A stretch of 32,000 nucleotides of DNA from Moraxella nasovis (GCF_022701215.1 NZ_CP089976.1:360001-392000); one strand, 5' to 3'. Numbered from the stretch's first letter, positions 17,799 to 26,118 are shown. Translations and numbers: made by a program. The notes: generated by a model not told the origin, from the letters alone.

Positions 17799-18158
17799 AT
17801 GCGAACATTTGTTAATGTAAAACTTATTGCAGCTGCTGTTCTTAGTGCTGCTGCTTTAACTGGTTGTGGTATCTTTAAGGTCTATACCATTGATTTGCCC
17901 CAAGGGACGCCTTTCACCAAAACTGATGCCAATCGTATACAAGCAGGTATGACAGCCGATCAAGTTTTAGAAATCCTAGGTAGTCCAGCTGTGCGTGATA
18001 CCCTAAATCCATACCGCTGGGACTATATCTACGACTACACCGCTGGCACAGATGGCAAACGTCAAGGTAAAAAAGATGTTAAAAATGCCAGCCATTATAT
18101 CAGTGTTTATTTTAATACCAATGGTCAAGTTATTCGTGTAGCAGATAAAAGCCAATAA
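17799..18158 (+). CDS. bamE: outer membrane protein assembly factor BamE (SmpA/OmlA lipoprotein)
   Basis: Start moved to ATG 17799 (MRTFVNVKLIAAAVLSAAALTGC). Lipobox LTGC and the SmpA/OmlA-like core LPQGTPFTKTDANRIQAGMTADQVLEILGSP. Conserved position divergent from fur. Confidence 0.85.
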   Translation: MRTFVNVKLIAAAVLSAAALTGCGIFKVYTIDLPQGTPFTKTDANRIQAGMTADQVLEILGSPAVRDTLNPYRWDYIYDYTAGTDGKRQGKKDVKNASHYISVYFNTNGQVIRVADKSQ

Positions 18159-18166
18159 CCACCAGC

Positions 18167-18535
18167 TTATCCTAACACACGTCCAAGCTTACGTACAGTT
18201 GGCTTGGATTTGTGTTTACGGCGTGTCATCGGATCATAAGATAGCGGACGATAAATCTCTACTCGATCACCTGCCTTAAGCACATCATCAAGTCGCTTTT
18301 TCTCACTGTACACACCCACATACCATGCTCGATGATTGGGCGAATCATAAGCATGATTACGACACCAAATAGCAAAGTTTGCCAACACTTCTAAAGACAG
18401 CCAGCCACTTAATTGCAACAGTTCATAAATGGTGCTGCCTTGGTCTACCCAAAATTCCTCATAGTGCTGCTTACTATCCGCTGGCTCTGCATATGCCAAT
18501 GCCACTTGTATTTTGGTGTTTTGGTCTATAGCCAT
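18167..18535 (-). CDS. rnfH: RnfH-family ubiquitin-like protein (UPF0125; RatB/YfjF-like)
   Basis: Start moved to ATG 18535 (MAIDQNTKIQVALAYA...). The C-terminal GDRVEIYRPL motif and overall layout match E. coli YfjF. The ATG overlaps the stop of the upstream membrane-protein gene (ATGGCTATAG). Confidence 0.8.
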   Translation of the reverse strand: MAIDQNTKIQVALAYAEPADSKQHYEEFWVDQGSTIYELLQLSGWLSLEVLANFAIWCRNHAYDSPNHRAWYVGVYSEKKRLDDVLKAGDRVEIYRPLSYDPMTRRKHKSKPTVRKLGRVLG

Positions 18536-19617
18536 CCGATAAGCCACCCAACCAATGCTAAGCACACCACGACAGGCACGACGATACGCACCAACACACG
18601 CCATAAGTTATATCTACCTTCACTGGTGAAATTTAGTGTTTTTCTAAGATGGCTAATTTTCATAATAAAGCCTGCAAACACTGACAAATTTAGCACTGAT
18701 ATTAGCCCAAGCACCACAAGCACAACCGCCAACACCCCAAACGGAATCGGTGCAAAAAGCAAGGCCAAAACTAAAGTTGTTATACCACCTATCAGCAAAC
18801 CTAAGCGTGCCGTCAGCTGTGATGACGCGTAATATAAGAAAAATGCTGCTATAAATAGCATGCCTAGACCTGATACCATAAACGATAATGGCGTGGTCAT
18901 CGCACTACCAGCAAGTAAAGCAAATGATCCAAAAACAAGCTGCGTGAGCCAAATAGGAAACGTCAGACCAAATAGCGATTTTTTGGCATTCACCGCTTCA
19001 TTCATCGCTTTGGGTAATCCAAACCAATAAAGACCTGTTCCTACACCCACTGATAACAATGCTAAAATCACCGCCTTAGCAAAATCACCAAAGGTAACCT
19101 CTGTCATCATAGGTACACCAACTTCGCTATTTACGCCATTGCCAAACAGTGCCATTGCCGCACCGATGACTACGAGCAGTAGACCCACTGGCAGCAGTCT
19201 ATCCTTTAGCAGGCTTAAAATTAATGCTAGCACCATAAAGGCTGCACTTAAAGCGATGGCAGGCATACCAAAATCAGCAGCCACACTTGGTAGATAAGCC
19301 CACACACCAAGTGCCAGACGTGATGTAATTGATGCTGCCATCAACACAGCCACAAGAACTGACAGCCCTGAGAATAGTCTCCACATAAAAGAAGCGTCCG
19401 CTTCACGAGTTAGCTTTTGCATGCCAAGCCATGGGGTTGTGCCACTTCTGGCAGATAAAGCAAACTCTGCAAGCAAGACAGGTAGTCCGACTAATACCAT
19501 CGCACCCACCCACATTAGCCAAACATCAAGCTCATGGGATATTCTTGGTGCAACCAAACTTACCATCAGTAGGGGCAATGCAGACGCAACCAAAAAAACT
19601 GTGTTTTTATGCAACAT
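18526..19617 (-). CDS. multi-pass membrane protein, distantly NSS (sodium:neurotransmitter symporter)-like, apparently lacking the canonical TM1 motif
   Basis: 363 aa with ATG start and about 10-11 hydrophobic helices. GLPVLLAEFALSARSG resembles the NSS TM2 consensus (GIP-L-LE-ALG), and the C-terminal YNLWRVLVRIVVP resembles the NSS C-terminal helix. No GN-WRFP motif is visible. Confidence 0.55.
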   Translation of the reverse strand: MLHKNTVFLVASALPLLMVSLVAPRISHELDVWLMWVGAMVLVGLPVLLAEFALSARSGTTPWLGMQKLTREADASFMWRLFSGLSVLVAVLMAASITSRLALGVWAYLPSVAADFGMPAIALSAAFMVLALILSLLKDRLLPVGLLLVVIGAAMALFGNGVNSEVGVPMMTEVTFGDFAKAVILALLSVGVGTGLYWFGLPKAMNEAVNAKKSLFGLTFPIWLTQLVFGSFALLAGSAMTTPLSFMVSGLGMLFIAAFFLYYASSQLTARLGLLIGGITTLVLALLFAPIPFGVLAVVLVVLGLISVLNLSVFAGFIMKISHLRKTLNFTSEGRYNLWRVLVRIVVPVVVCLALVGWLIGWL

Positions 19618-19706
19618 AATCTTTCAACAACCAAAAATAAAGCTCTATTGTAACATAAAGTAGCTGTATTTATAAAAATCAAAACTCATACAATACCCAC
19701 GCCCAC

Positions 19707-19735
19707 AAAAAAGCCCCAAAAATTGGGGCTTTTTA
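19707..19735 (-). terminator. rho-independent terminator downstream of cytochrome c4
   Basis: AAAAAA-GCCCCA(19713-19718)-aaaat-TGGGGC(19724-19729)-TTTTT. Reads as a terminator on both strands. Confidence 0.7.
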
Positions 19736-19746
19736 AGGAATAGTGA

Positions 19747-20436
19747 TTAGTGAACCGCTGATAAGAATTCAGAGAGAATCTTAATATCTTTATCAGATAG
19801 CTTAGCAGCTACAGTCTGCATCATACCCTTTTCACCTTTTTTGGCGGAGTCATTGGTGCGAGTTTCAGTTTCCATAACATCATCTTCACGACCTGCGGCA
19901 CGGAACATCTTCAGCTGAGTTGCCAAGTATGTCGCATGCTGACCGCCAATGCGTGGAAATGCCGCCCATTCATTACCTTGAGCTTTAGGGTCATGGCAAC
20001 CTGCACATGGGATAACGCCACGAGATTTATCGCCACCCAAGTAAAGCTTTTGGGCGGCAGCATAAGTTGCCTTATTACCATAGCCTGGTGTCCATGGTGC
20101 TTGGCTTGCGTAATAACCTGCTACGTTTGCCAAGTCTTGTTGGGTTAGGCCGACAAGCTGAGCTTCCATAATGCCATTACGGCGTGCCTTGGTCTTAAAA
20201 TCAACCAGTTGCTTATAAAGATATTTTACATTTTGACCGCCAAGATTTGGCTGAGCTGGAGCGACACTTACACCGTTTGCACCATGACAAGCAGCACAGA
20301 CCGCATCAGCGATCACCTTACCTGCTTCGATATCATAATTAGGTACATTGACGGCAGCACCAGCAGTCAGGCTTGCAACACCGACACTAGATGCAAGAAG
20401 AATTTTGGCTAAAATGGCTTTATTGGCAGGTTTCAT
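19747..20436 (-). CDS. dihaem cytochrome c4
   Basis: 229 aa. Signal peptide and two CxxCH haem sites (CAACHG, CAGCHD), each followed by a distal Met region. SD TAGGAActtgttATG. Confidence 0.9.
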   Translation of the reverse strand: MKPANKAILAKILLASSVGVASLTAGAAVNVPNYDIEAGKVIADAVCAACHGANGVSVAPAQPNLGGQNVKYLYKQLVDFKTKARRNGIMEAQLVGLTQQDLANVAGYYASQAPWTPGYGNKATYAAAQKLYLGGDKSRGVIPCAGCHDPKAQGNEWAAFPRIGGQHATYLATQLKMFRAAGREDDVMETETRTNDSAKKGEKGMMQTVAAKLSDKDIKILSEFLSAVH

Positions 20437-20552
20437 AACAAGTTCCTACTAACTATTGGGGAATGCCCACGTCTTGGGTTTTGTTCAAATAACACAATGA
20501 GAAGTAAACGCTATCATTCGGCAGTAAAAATACAGCGATTGCCTAAAAATAT

Positions 20553-20567
20553 TTGCTATTATAGCAA
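20553..20567 (-). promoter_or_regulatory. 15-bp perfect palindrome TTGCTAT-T-ATAGCAA containing an extended -10 (TGCTATAAT on the minus strand) upstream of cytochrome c4
   Basis: The reverse complement of 20558-20566 is TGCTATAAT, 120-130 bp upstream of the c4 ATG. Confidence 0.35.
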
Positions 20568-20659
20568 GAATTTAACAAAAATTCCCACAAAAATTGTGGT
20601 ATTAGCAACATTTTTTCAAAAAAGTCGTTTTTTATTGAAAAATTCAAAAAAATCATTGA

Positions 20660-20965
20660 TTATTGTGACATATAGTCAATCAACTTGGCAAAATCATCAT
20701 GACTGCAAGATTGGCACAGGCCCATTGCAGGCATTTGTGATGTGCCTTGAGCGACTGAGCGGACCAAGCCATCTGTGCCTTTTTGGATTTTTAGCTGATT
20801 CCACCGAGCAGTATCGCCCTTAGCAGGTGCATTAAAGTCATTATTTGGCTCATGACAAGTAGCACATGTATTCTCATACTTACTGACCACATCTGCATGT
20901 GCCAAACCCATAGGCAGTAAGCTTAAAGCCATCATAATCATGGCACGATTTAATAATATTTTCAT
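20660..20965 (-). CDS. monohaem cytochrome c5
   Basis: 101 aa. Signal peptide, CATCHE haem site, MPAMG distal Met and the c5-typical Cys pair (CQSCS). Confidence 0.85.
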   Translation of the reverse strand: MKILLNRAMIMMALSLLPMGLAHADVVSKYENTCATCHEPNNDFNAPAKGDTARWNQLKIQKGTDGLVRSVAQGTSQMPAMGLCQSCSHDDFAKLIDYMSQ

Positions 20966-21058
20966 TAATTTTCCAAATATATCTTATTAAAAGCTGACCA
21001 CATTTAAACGAATATAAAGTCATTATGGCATCTTTTTATCATTTTGCAAGATATCTTT

Positions 21059-21090
21059 TATATAGCTGCTATAATATATAGCTGCTATAA
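21059..21090. repeat. perfect 16-bp tandem duplication (TATATAGCTGCTATAA x2), each copy holding the palindrome TATAGC-T-GCTATA; the first copy gives TGCTATAAT (extended -10, plus strand)
   Basis: 21059-21074 equals 21075-21090. The palindromes are at 21061-21073 and 21077-21089, and TGCTATAAT is at 21067-21075. It lies in the cytochrome c5 / engB divergent region. Confidence 0.9.
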
Positions 21091-21214
21091 CAACTCGGAT
21101 TGATCTTGAATTAGTATCGTGCGATGAGCTGGGTTTTGGTGTAATGTTAGTGTATTTATGTACAAATTTTGGTGAAATATGCTAAACTTAAGATAACTTA
21201 CTTGAAGCGATATC

Positions 21215-21895
21215 ATGAATACCGAAGATTATCTTAAACAAATTCGTCAGACTGCTTTTGCTATGTCTGCCCCGACTTTTAAACTATGCCCAAGCGATAC
21301 AGGCTTTGAGGTGGCGTTCGCTGGACGTTCTAACGCAGGCAAGTCATCTGCCATTAACACCCTAACCCACCAAAAACAGCTTGCTCGGTCATCAAAGACA
21401 CCTGGTCGAACGCAGATGATCAATTTTTTTAATGTCGGTTCAGAAGACGCTCGCATCGTGGATTTGCCAGGCTATGGCTATGCTGCTGTTCCAGAGCAGA
21501 TGAAAATCAAATGGCAAAAAGAGCTAGAGGCCTATCTTGTAGATCGCCAAAGCCTAGCTGGGCTTGTGCTACTAATGGATATTCGCCACCCCTTAAAATA
21601 TTTTGACGAGCAAATGCTACACTGGGCAAAAGACGGTAATCTACCTGTGCATGTTCTACTCACCAAATCAGATAAGCTTAAAAGCGGTGCAAAAAAATCA
21701 GCCCTACTACAAACCAAAAAACACCTTGAAAGTCTGGACTTACCTTTCTCCATCCAGCTATTTTCTGCCCTAAAAAAAGAAGGTGTAGAAGACTTAGCGT
21801 GCGTGCTTGGCGACTGGTTGCATCTAGGCGAACAAAAGCTGACAGATACAGCAGATGAAACAACGACAAAGCTAGGACAAAACGGTCATGAGTAA
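21215..21895 (+). CDS. engB: ribosome biogenesis GTPase EngB (YihA/YsxC)
   Basis: 226 aa, colinear with E. coli EngB: [37 protein letters not shown]. Confidence 0.95.
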   Translation: MNTEDYLKQIRQTAFAMSAPTFKLCPSDTGFEVAFAGRSNAGKSSAINTLTHQKQLARSSKTPGRTQMINFFNVGSEDARIVDLPGYGYAAVPEQMKIKWQKELEAYLVDRQSLAGLVLLMDIRHPLKYFDEQMLHWAKDGNLPVHVLLTKSDKLKSGAKKSALLQTKKHLESLDLPFSIQLFSALKKEGVEDLACVLGDWLHLGEQKLTDTADETTTKLGQNGHE

Positions 21896-22721
21896 TGGTA
21901 CGTTATATATAGTTGCCACACCCATCGGCAATCTTAACGACATTAGTAAAAGAGCCTTAGACGTGCTAAATCATGCAGACATCGTGGCGTGCGAAGACAC
22001 TAGAACGAGTGGCAAGCTTTTAAATTTTTATAACATCAACACTGCTACCACCGCTTATCATGAACATAATGCCGACAGCCAGACGCCAAAACTCATCGAA
22101 AAACTGCAAGGCGGGCAGTCGATTGCTCTTATCTGTGATGCTGGCACACCACTAATCTCCGATCCTGGCTTTCGTCTTGTGCGGGCTGCTCACGAACATG
22201 ATATCCAAGTCGTACCCATCGTCGGAGCATGTGCGATGGTTGGGGCATTATCAGCAGCAGGATTGCCTTCTGATAAATTTAGCTTTATGGGATTTTTACC
22301 TGCAAAATCTCATGCCCGCCAAAAACTGCTTGAAGACTATAAAAATCGTACTGAAACGCTTATTTTTTATGAAGCACCCCATCGCATTAGCGAATGCGTA
22401 ACCGATATGGCGATCATATTTGGTGATGAACGTGAAGCGACGCTATGTCGTGAATTAACCAAGACATTTGAAACCATCAAAAAGCTACCGCTATCAGAAT
22501 TACTTACATTCATCCAAAACGATCCAAACCAACAAAAAGGCGAAATGGTGCTTGTCGTTAGTGGTCAAACCAAACAAAGCACCCAAGAAAATTACGATAA
22601 CTGGCTTTTGGCTCTTGCTGGCGAATTACCACCCAAGAAAGCTTGTGGTATTGTGGCTGATGTACTGGGGCTAAAAAAGAGCGAAGTTTATGACAGACTG
22701 CTTGCATTACAAAATGACTAG
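21888..22721 (+). CDS. rsmI: 16S rRNA (cytidine1402-2'-O)-methyltransferase
   Basis: 277 aa. N-terminal [21 protein letters not shown] and [11 protein letters not shown] motifs. The ATG overlaps the engB 3' end by 8 nt. Confidence 0.92.
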   Translation: MSNGTLYIVATPIGNLNDISKRALDVLNHADIVACEDTRTSGKLLNFYNINTATTAYHEHNADSQTPKLIEKLQGGQSIALICDAGTPLISDPGFRLVRAAHEHDIQVVPIVGACAMVGALSAAGLPSDKFSFMGFLPAKSHARQKLLEDYKNRTETLIFYEAPHRISECVTDMAIIFGDEREATLCRELTKTFETIKKLPLSELLTFIQNDPNQQKGEMVLVVSGQTKQSTQENYDNWLLALAGELPPKKACGIVADVLGLKKSEVYDRLLALQND

Positions 22722-22762
22722 TACAGCCTAATTCACTTTTTATCATCATAAGGAAAAATTTT

Positions 22763-23212
22763 ATGTCAACCCTACAAAACACCATCACCGAAGCTGTTAA
22801 AACCGCCATGAAAGCTCGTGAGATGGATACCGTAAAGATTCTGCGTGGCATTCAAGCTGTCATCAAGCAGGTGCAAATTGATAACCAAACTGAGCTTAAT
22901 GATAAAGGCATTCTTGAAATTCTCCAAAAACAAACCAAGCAGCGTCAAGAATCGCTTGAGATTTATAAAGCCAATGGGCGTGAAGACTTGGCACAAAAAG
23001 AACAATTTGAAATCAATGTCATTAGCCAATTCTTACCCGCTCAGTTGTCAGAAGATAAGCTTATTACCATCATTAACGAAACCATCAGCGAGCTGTCTGC
23101 TAACAGCATGAAAGACATGGGGCGTGTAATGAATGCTGTTAAAGATAAGACTGCAGGTCAAGCCGACCCTTCAGTCATCAGCGGATTGGTAAAAAAAGCT
23201 CTAACGCCTTGA
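22763..23212 (+). CDS. yqeY: GatB/YqeY domain protein
   Basis: 149 aa, similar along its length to B. subtilis YqeY (MKAREMDTVKILR..., KQRQESLEIY, MGRVMNAVK-K-AGQADPS). SD AAGGAAAAattttATG. Confidence 0.85.
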   Translation: MSTLQNTITEAVKTAMKAREMDTVKILRGIQAVIKQVQIDNQTELNDKGILEILQKQTKQRQESLEIYKANGREDLAQKEQFEINVISQFLPAQLSEDKLITIINETISELSANSMKDMGRVMNAVKDKTAGQADPSVISGLVKKALTP

Positions 23213-23242
23213 TAGGTTTATCATCAAGCTTTACACCACTAT

Positions 23243-23301
23243 CACCCATAGCGCATTGCATAGATTACCACAATCAGCTGATAGCTCTATGGGTGGTTTT
23301 T
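23243..23301 (+). terminator. possible terminator of yqeY (long-loop hairpin)
   Basis: CACCCATAG(23243-23251)/CTATGGGTG(23287-23295) forms a 9-bp stem followed by GTTTTT. The loop is about 35 nt, and the right arm overlaps the end of the convergent exonuclease gene. Confidence 0.3.
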
Positions 23302-23955
23302 ATTAAGATGGCAAAACAGCATCGCTGTCATCATAGCGTCATTTAGGGCGTCATGAGCAGGTAATAATGGGATTTTATAAGATTTTAGCAGTTGGTTTAG
23401 GTGCTTTTTCTCAACGAAAACGTTTGGATCACGCTGCTTTTTTTGGCGAATCTTTTGATCAAGCACGCTAACATCTAGCGTCTTATTTGGCAGCTTAACC
23501 CCAAGATAAGGAGCAGCTAAAGCATTTAAAAATCTCATATCCATATCCACACAAAAACCCACCACAGTACGCCCCGCTATAAACGGCAATAACCGCTCAA
23601 GCATCTCATTATAACTTACGCCATTTTGGACATCTATGGGGCGAAGTCCATGAATGACGATAGTACTCGTATCTGGCATTACTGGCGGACGACAGACGAT
23701 GGATAAAGCATCTGCTGTGTCCATCGTTAATACTCCATCTTTGTGCTTGATGCTTACTGCTCCGACGCTTAAAATATGGTCGGTTTTCGGATTAAGCCCT
23801 GTCATCTCAAGATCAAGACTCACCCACTCATCAGGTATGCCATCAAATAAATAGCCAAACTCTGGGCGAATTAGTAGAGATTTTTGGTGGTGTTTCTTAT
23901 GCTCACTTAAAAATACACGTCTTATAAAATCAAACACATCACACCCCAAACACAT
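23287..23955 (-). CDS. DEDDh-type 3'-5' exonuclease (DnaQ/epsilon-like domain protein)
   Basis: Exo I DLEMTGL, Exo II VVGFCVDMDMRFL, Exo III HDALNDA. The ORF-track start at 24033 is TTG, deep inside the upstream gene. Plausible starts are ATG 23955 (17-nt overlap) or GTG 23937 (2 nt after the upstream stop), so the start is uncertain. Confidence 0.8.
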   Translation of the reverse strand: MCLGCDVFDFIRRVFLSEHKKHHQKSLLIRPEFGYLFDGIPDEWVSLDLEMTGLNPKTDHILSVGAVSIKHKDGVLTMDTADALSIVCRPPVMPDTSTIVIHGLRPIDVQNGVSYNEMLERLLPFIAGRTVVGFCVDMDMRFLNALAAPYLGVKLPNKTLDVSVLDQKIRQKKQRDPNVFVEKKHLNQLLKSYKIPLLPAHDALNDAMMTAMLFCHLNKNHP

Positions 23956-25720
23956 CAAGGCGATAATGTCTTGTGACAAAGCCCTTAAAGTCTTTTGCCA
24001 CCGCCAAACTTTCTTTAAGTAAATCTCGCTCAAGAGCAGATAGCTGATTTGGATTTACCTTGCGAGCAGATTTATCTGTGGTAGCAAGTGCCACCAAAAG
24101 ACGCTTGGTGAGAAAAAAGTCTAAGGCCTCTTTTAGATTTAATGTCGTTTTTTGATCAAGTACGCTTTGCTTTTCTAGCTCATCTAGTCTTGCTCTCGTA
24201 CTGGTTACTGTGATGCCATACTCCAGTGCCAAAGCCCGTACGCCATGCACAATGGGAAATATACCCGCTTTTTTAAGGTCAACATCATGATTGGCAGATC
24301 CTGTGAATTTTTGCCAAAAATGGCTGCCGTCGCCAAACTGTAAAATCGCTTTAGCAAAACGGTTAATAAAATTAGCAGCCGCATGGTTTTTGGCGTCCAT
24401 CGTGTATGCCATCAGCTCATCAAATAAATCTTTATCGCCTGCCACAAAATGTGCATCTAGCAAAGTTGCAAGCCAAATCATACTCTCGTCTGCGTGCTGA
24501 TACCATGATAATACTTGATCTTTAAATGCACTCAAGGGCTTTCGCCACAGCTCATTATTTAGCATGATATGCCCATCACAGTAAGGATAGCCAAACTGAG
24601 CCAAAGCATCGTTAAAGCGTTGGGCGTATTCTGCTAGATTGGCATCATAAAAACCATCTTTGATAATTAGGGCATTATCTTGATCAGTACGCATAATTTG
24701 CTCACCACGCCCTTCAGACCCCATCACAAATAAACATGTATTATCCACCACAGATTGGGGTGCAATGAGTGACCACGCTTTAGCAAAGACTTGAGCATTT
24801 AAGCTTTGAACAGTGCGACTAATGACGTGCGTCTTAACACCAGTCTGCACACTATTTCGGATATATTTACCGATCATATCCACCGCCATGCCAAGACTTT
24901 CAAGGCTTGATGCCTGTTCAATCTTAGCGACAATCAGCTGTGAGTGGTTGGTCAGAAAATTTAAAAGCTCGGTCTGCCCTAATACACCCACAATATCCCC
25001 ATGGTCATCAACTATGGGTAGGCGGTGAATCTTACGTTCTAGCATGATAAGCAGTGCCTCACTTAGGTCTTGCTTAACATGGATGGTGCTTAAGTTAAAA
25101 TTCGTATAAGGCAACACAGATGTATCAAAATCTGCTCCATCGCCCACCGCATGACATACATCTGCTTGGGTAAACATACCCACTTTATCACCCTTAACCA
25201 AAACGTGTTTGGCATGCACCTCATTCATGGCAATCGTCGCCTCTAATAATGTCGCAGTGCTTGCAACAAAATGTGCAGGCTTGATGTGATGTCCTAGGCT
25301 TTCAATGCTTTGATGTAATAACTGCTGACTCTCATAATGAGCATGACGCACGTTTTGGAGTTCTCGGCGAGAAGCTAGGTCAGCGTAGAGCAGTTTTTTT
25401 AGGGTGGGATTTTGATCGGCAATATCATTTAGGGCGTTACCGTTAATACGATACAGCAAGCTTTGTTCACTGGTGATAAAGTTGTAAGTCTCACCGTTTT
25501 TTGTGGTTGTGTTAAACCAATCAGACACGCTAAGCCCTGCAATCAGCTCATCTGCCAAAAATTGCTTTAACGCTCCCTTAATAATCACAAAAAAATCACC
25601 CTGCCACTGGCTTGGCACGCTTTGCCCTTCATCTAGATAGACGATTTGGCTGTGTTTTTCAAGCTTGGTGCGTTCATCACTGTTTAGCACGTCAAATGGT
25701 GGGTGATCTAGATAGTTCAT
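23939..25720 (-). CDS. cNMP-binding-like + tandem CBS + GlnD-type nucleotidyltransferase (DUF294 / DUF294_C) protein
   Basis: Start moved to ATG 25720 (AAGGActaaaATG), because the track start at 25741 is TTG. An N-terminal cNMP-like domain is followed by two CBS modules (e.g. RLPIVDDHGDIVGVLGQTELLNFL), the NTase motif GSEGRGEQIMRTDQDNALI and a helical C-terminal domain. Confidence 0.85.
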   Translation of the reverse strand: MNYLDHPPFDVLNSDERTKLEKHSQIVYLDEGQSVPSQWQGDFFVIIKGALKQFLADELIAGLSVSDWFNTTTKNGETYNFITSEQSLLYRINGNALNDIADQNPTLKKLLYADLASRRELQNVRHAHYESQQLLHQSIESLGHHIKPAHFVASTATLLEATIAMNEVHAKHVLVKGDKVGMFTQADVCHAVGDGADFDTSVLPYTNFNLSTIHVKQDLSEALLIMLERKIHRLPIVDDHGDIVGVLGQTELLNFLTNHSQLIVAKIEQASSLESLGMAVDMIGKYIRNSVQTGVKTHVISRTVQSLNAQVFAKAWSLIAPQSVVDNTCLFVMGSEGRGEQIMRTDQDNALIIKDGFYDANLAEYAQRFNDALAQFGYPYCDGHIMLNNELWRKPLSAFKDQVLSWYQHADESMIWLATLLDAHFVAGDKDLFDELMAYTMDAKNHAAANFINRFAKAILQFGDGSHFWQKFTGSANHDVDLKKAGIFPIVHGVRALALEYGITVTSTRARLDELEKQSVLDQKTTLNLKEALDFFLTKRLLVALATTDKSARKVNPNQLSALERDLLKESLAVAKDFKGFVTRHYRLDVFGV

Positions 25721-25794
25721 TTTAGTCCTTTTAAATAACAACTTAAGTAAGTCACCGCATATGTCAATATCAGCACATAATACGTTAAGTTCTT

Positions 25795-25823
25795 ATCATA
25801 CACCTGAAAACCGCTCATGCCAA
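25795..25823 (-). promoter_or_regulatory. candidate sigma-70 promoter of the DUF294-exonuclease operon
   Basis: The minus strand reads TTGGCA (25823..25818), a 17-nt spacer, then TATGAT (25800..25795), about 75 nt upstream of ATG 25720. Confidence 0.45.
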
Positions 25824-25961
25824 GTGTTTAAGTGTAATAGACAAAGTCTTTTATGGCGACATTTCAGCCAAATATTTCATGAATATGTAGTGAATATTAT
25901 GGCAGATAAGTTATACTTATCAATACATTTTAGCCATTACCTGTGGTGTTTTTATAAAAAT

Positions 25962-26000
25962 TGTCATCAAACTGTCATAAAAACATCACAAACTTGTCAT
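25962..26000. repeat. phased direct repeats TGTCAT-(A/C)AAAC at about 11-bp spacing
   Basis: TGTCAT occurs at 25962, 25973 and 25995 (offsets 11 and 22), with a degenerate copy (ATCACAAAC) between them. Each is followed or preceded by AAAC. Confidence 0.5.
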
Positions 26001-26118
26001 ATTGCCACAGCATAATACACGCATGGCAATCAACCATATCACAACTTTTTGGCGACAAACATAAAAGCACTTCAACATACGCCAACGATAACTTTCCATG
26101 CGACATCTTTTATTTGTG

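Noticed and set aside
20600-20659. A/T-only inverted repeat (TTCAAAAAAgtcgTTTTTTATTGAA) as terminator of the cytochrome c5 gene
   Set aside because: The stem is imperfect and made purely of A-T pairs, so it is too weak to call.
20497-20823. 108-aa plus-strand ORF
   Set aside because: Half of it is antisense to the cytochrome c5 gene and the rest is AT-rich intergenic DNA (KN-rich peptide).
22558-22851. 97-aa minus-strand ORF spanning the rsmI/yqeY junction
   Set aside because: It is antisense to two well-supported genes, with no start context.
25761-26015. 84-aa ORF in the large intergenic region
   Set aside because: It is rich in Cys/His/Trp/Tyr with no SD and no recognisable motif. It overlaps the predicted promoter of the divergent operon. 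I treat the region as non-coding.
25850-26030. TGGCA-containing motifs as possible sigma-54 (-24/-12) promoters
   Set aside because: None has a TTGC -12 element at the required 5-nt spacing after the GG.
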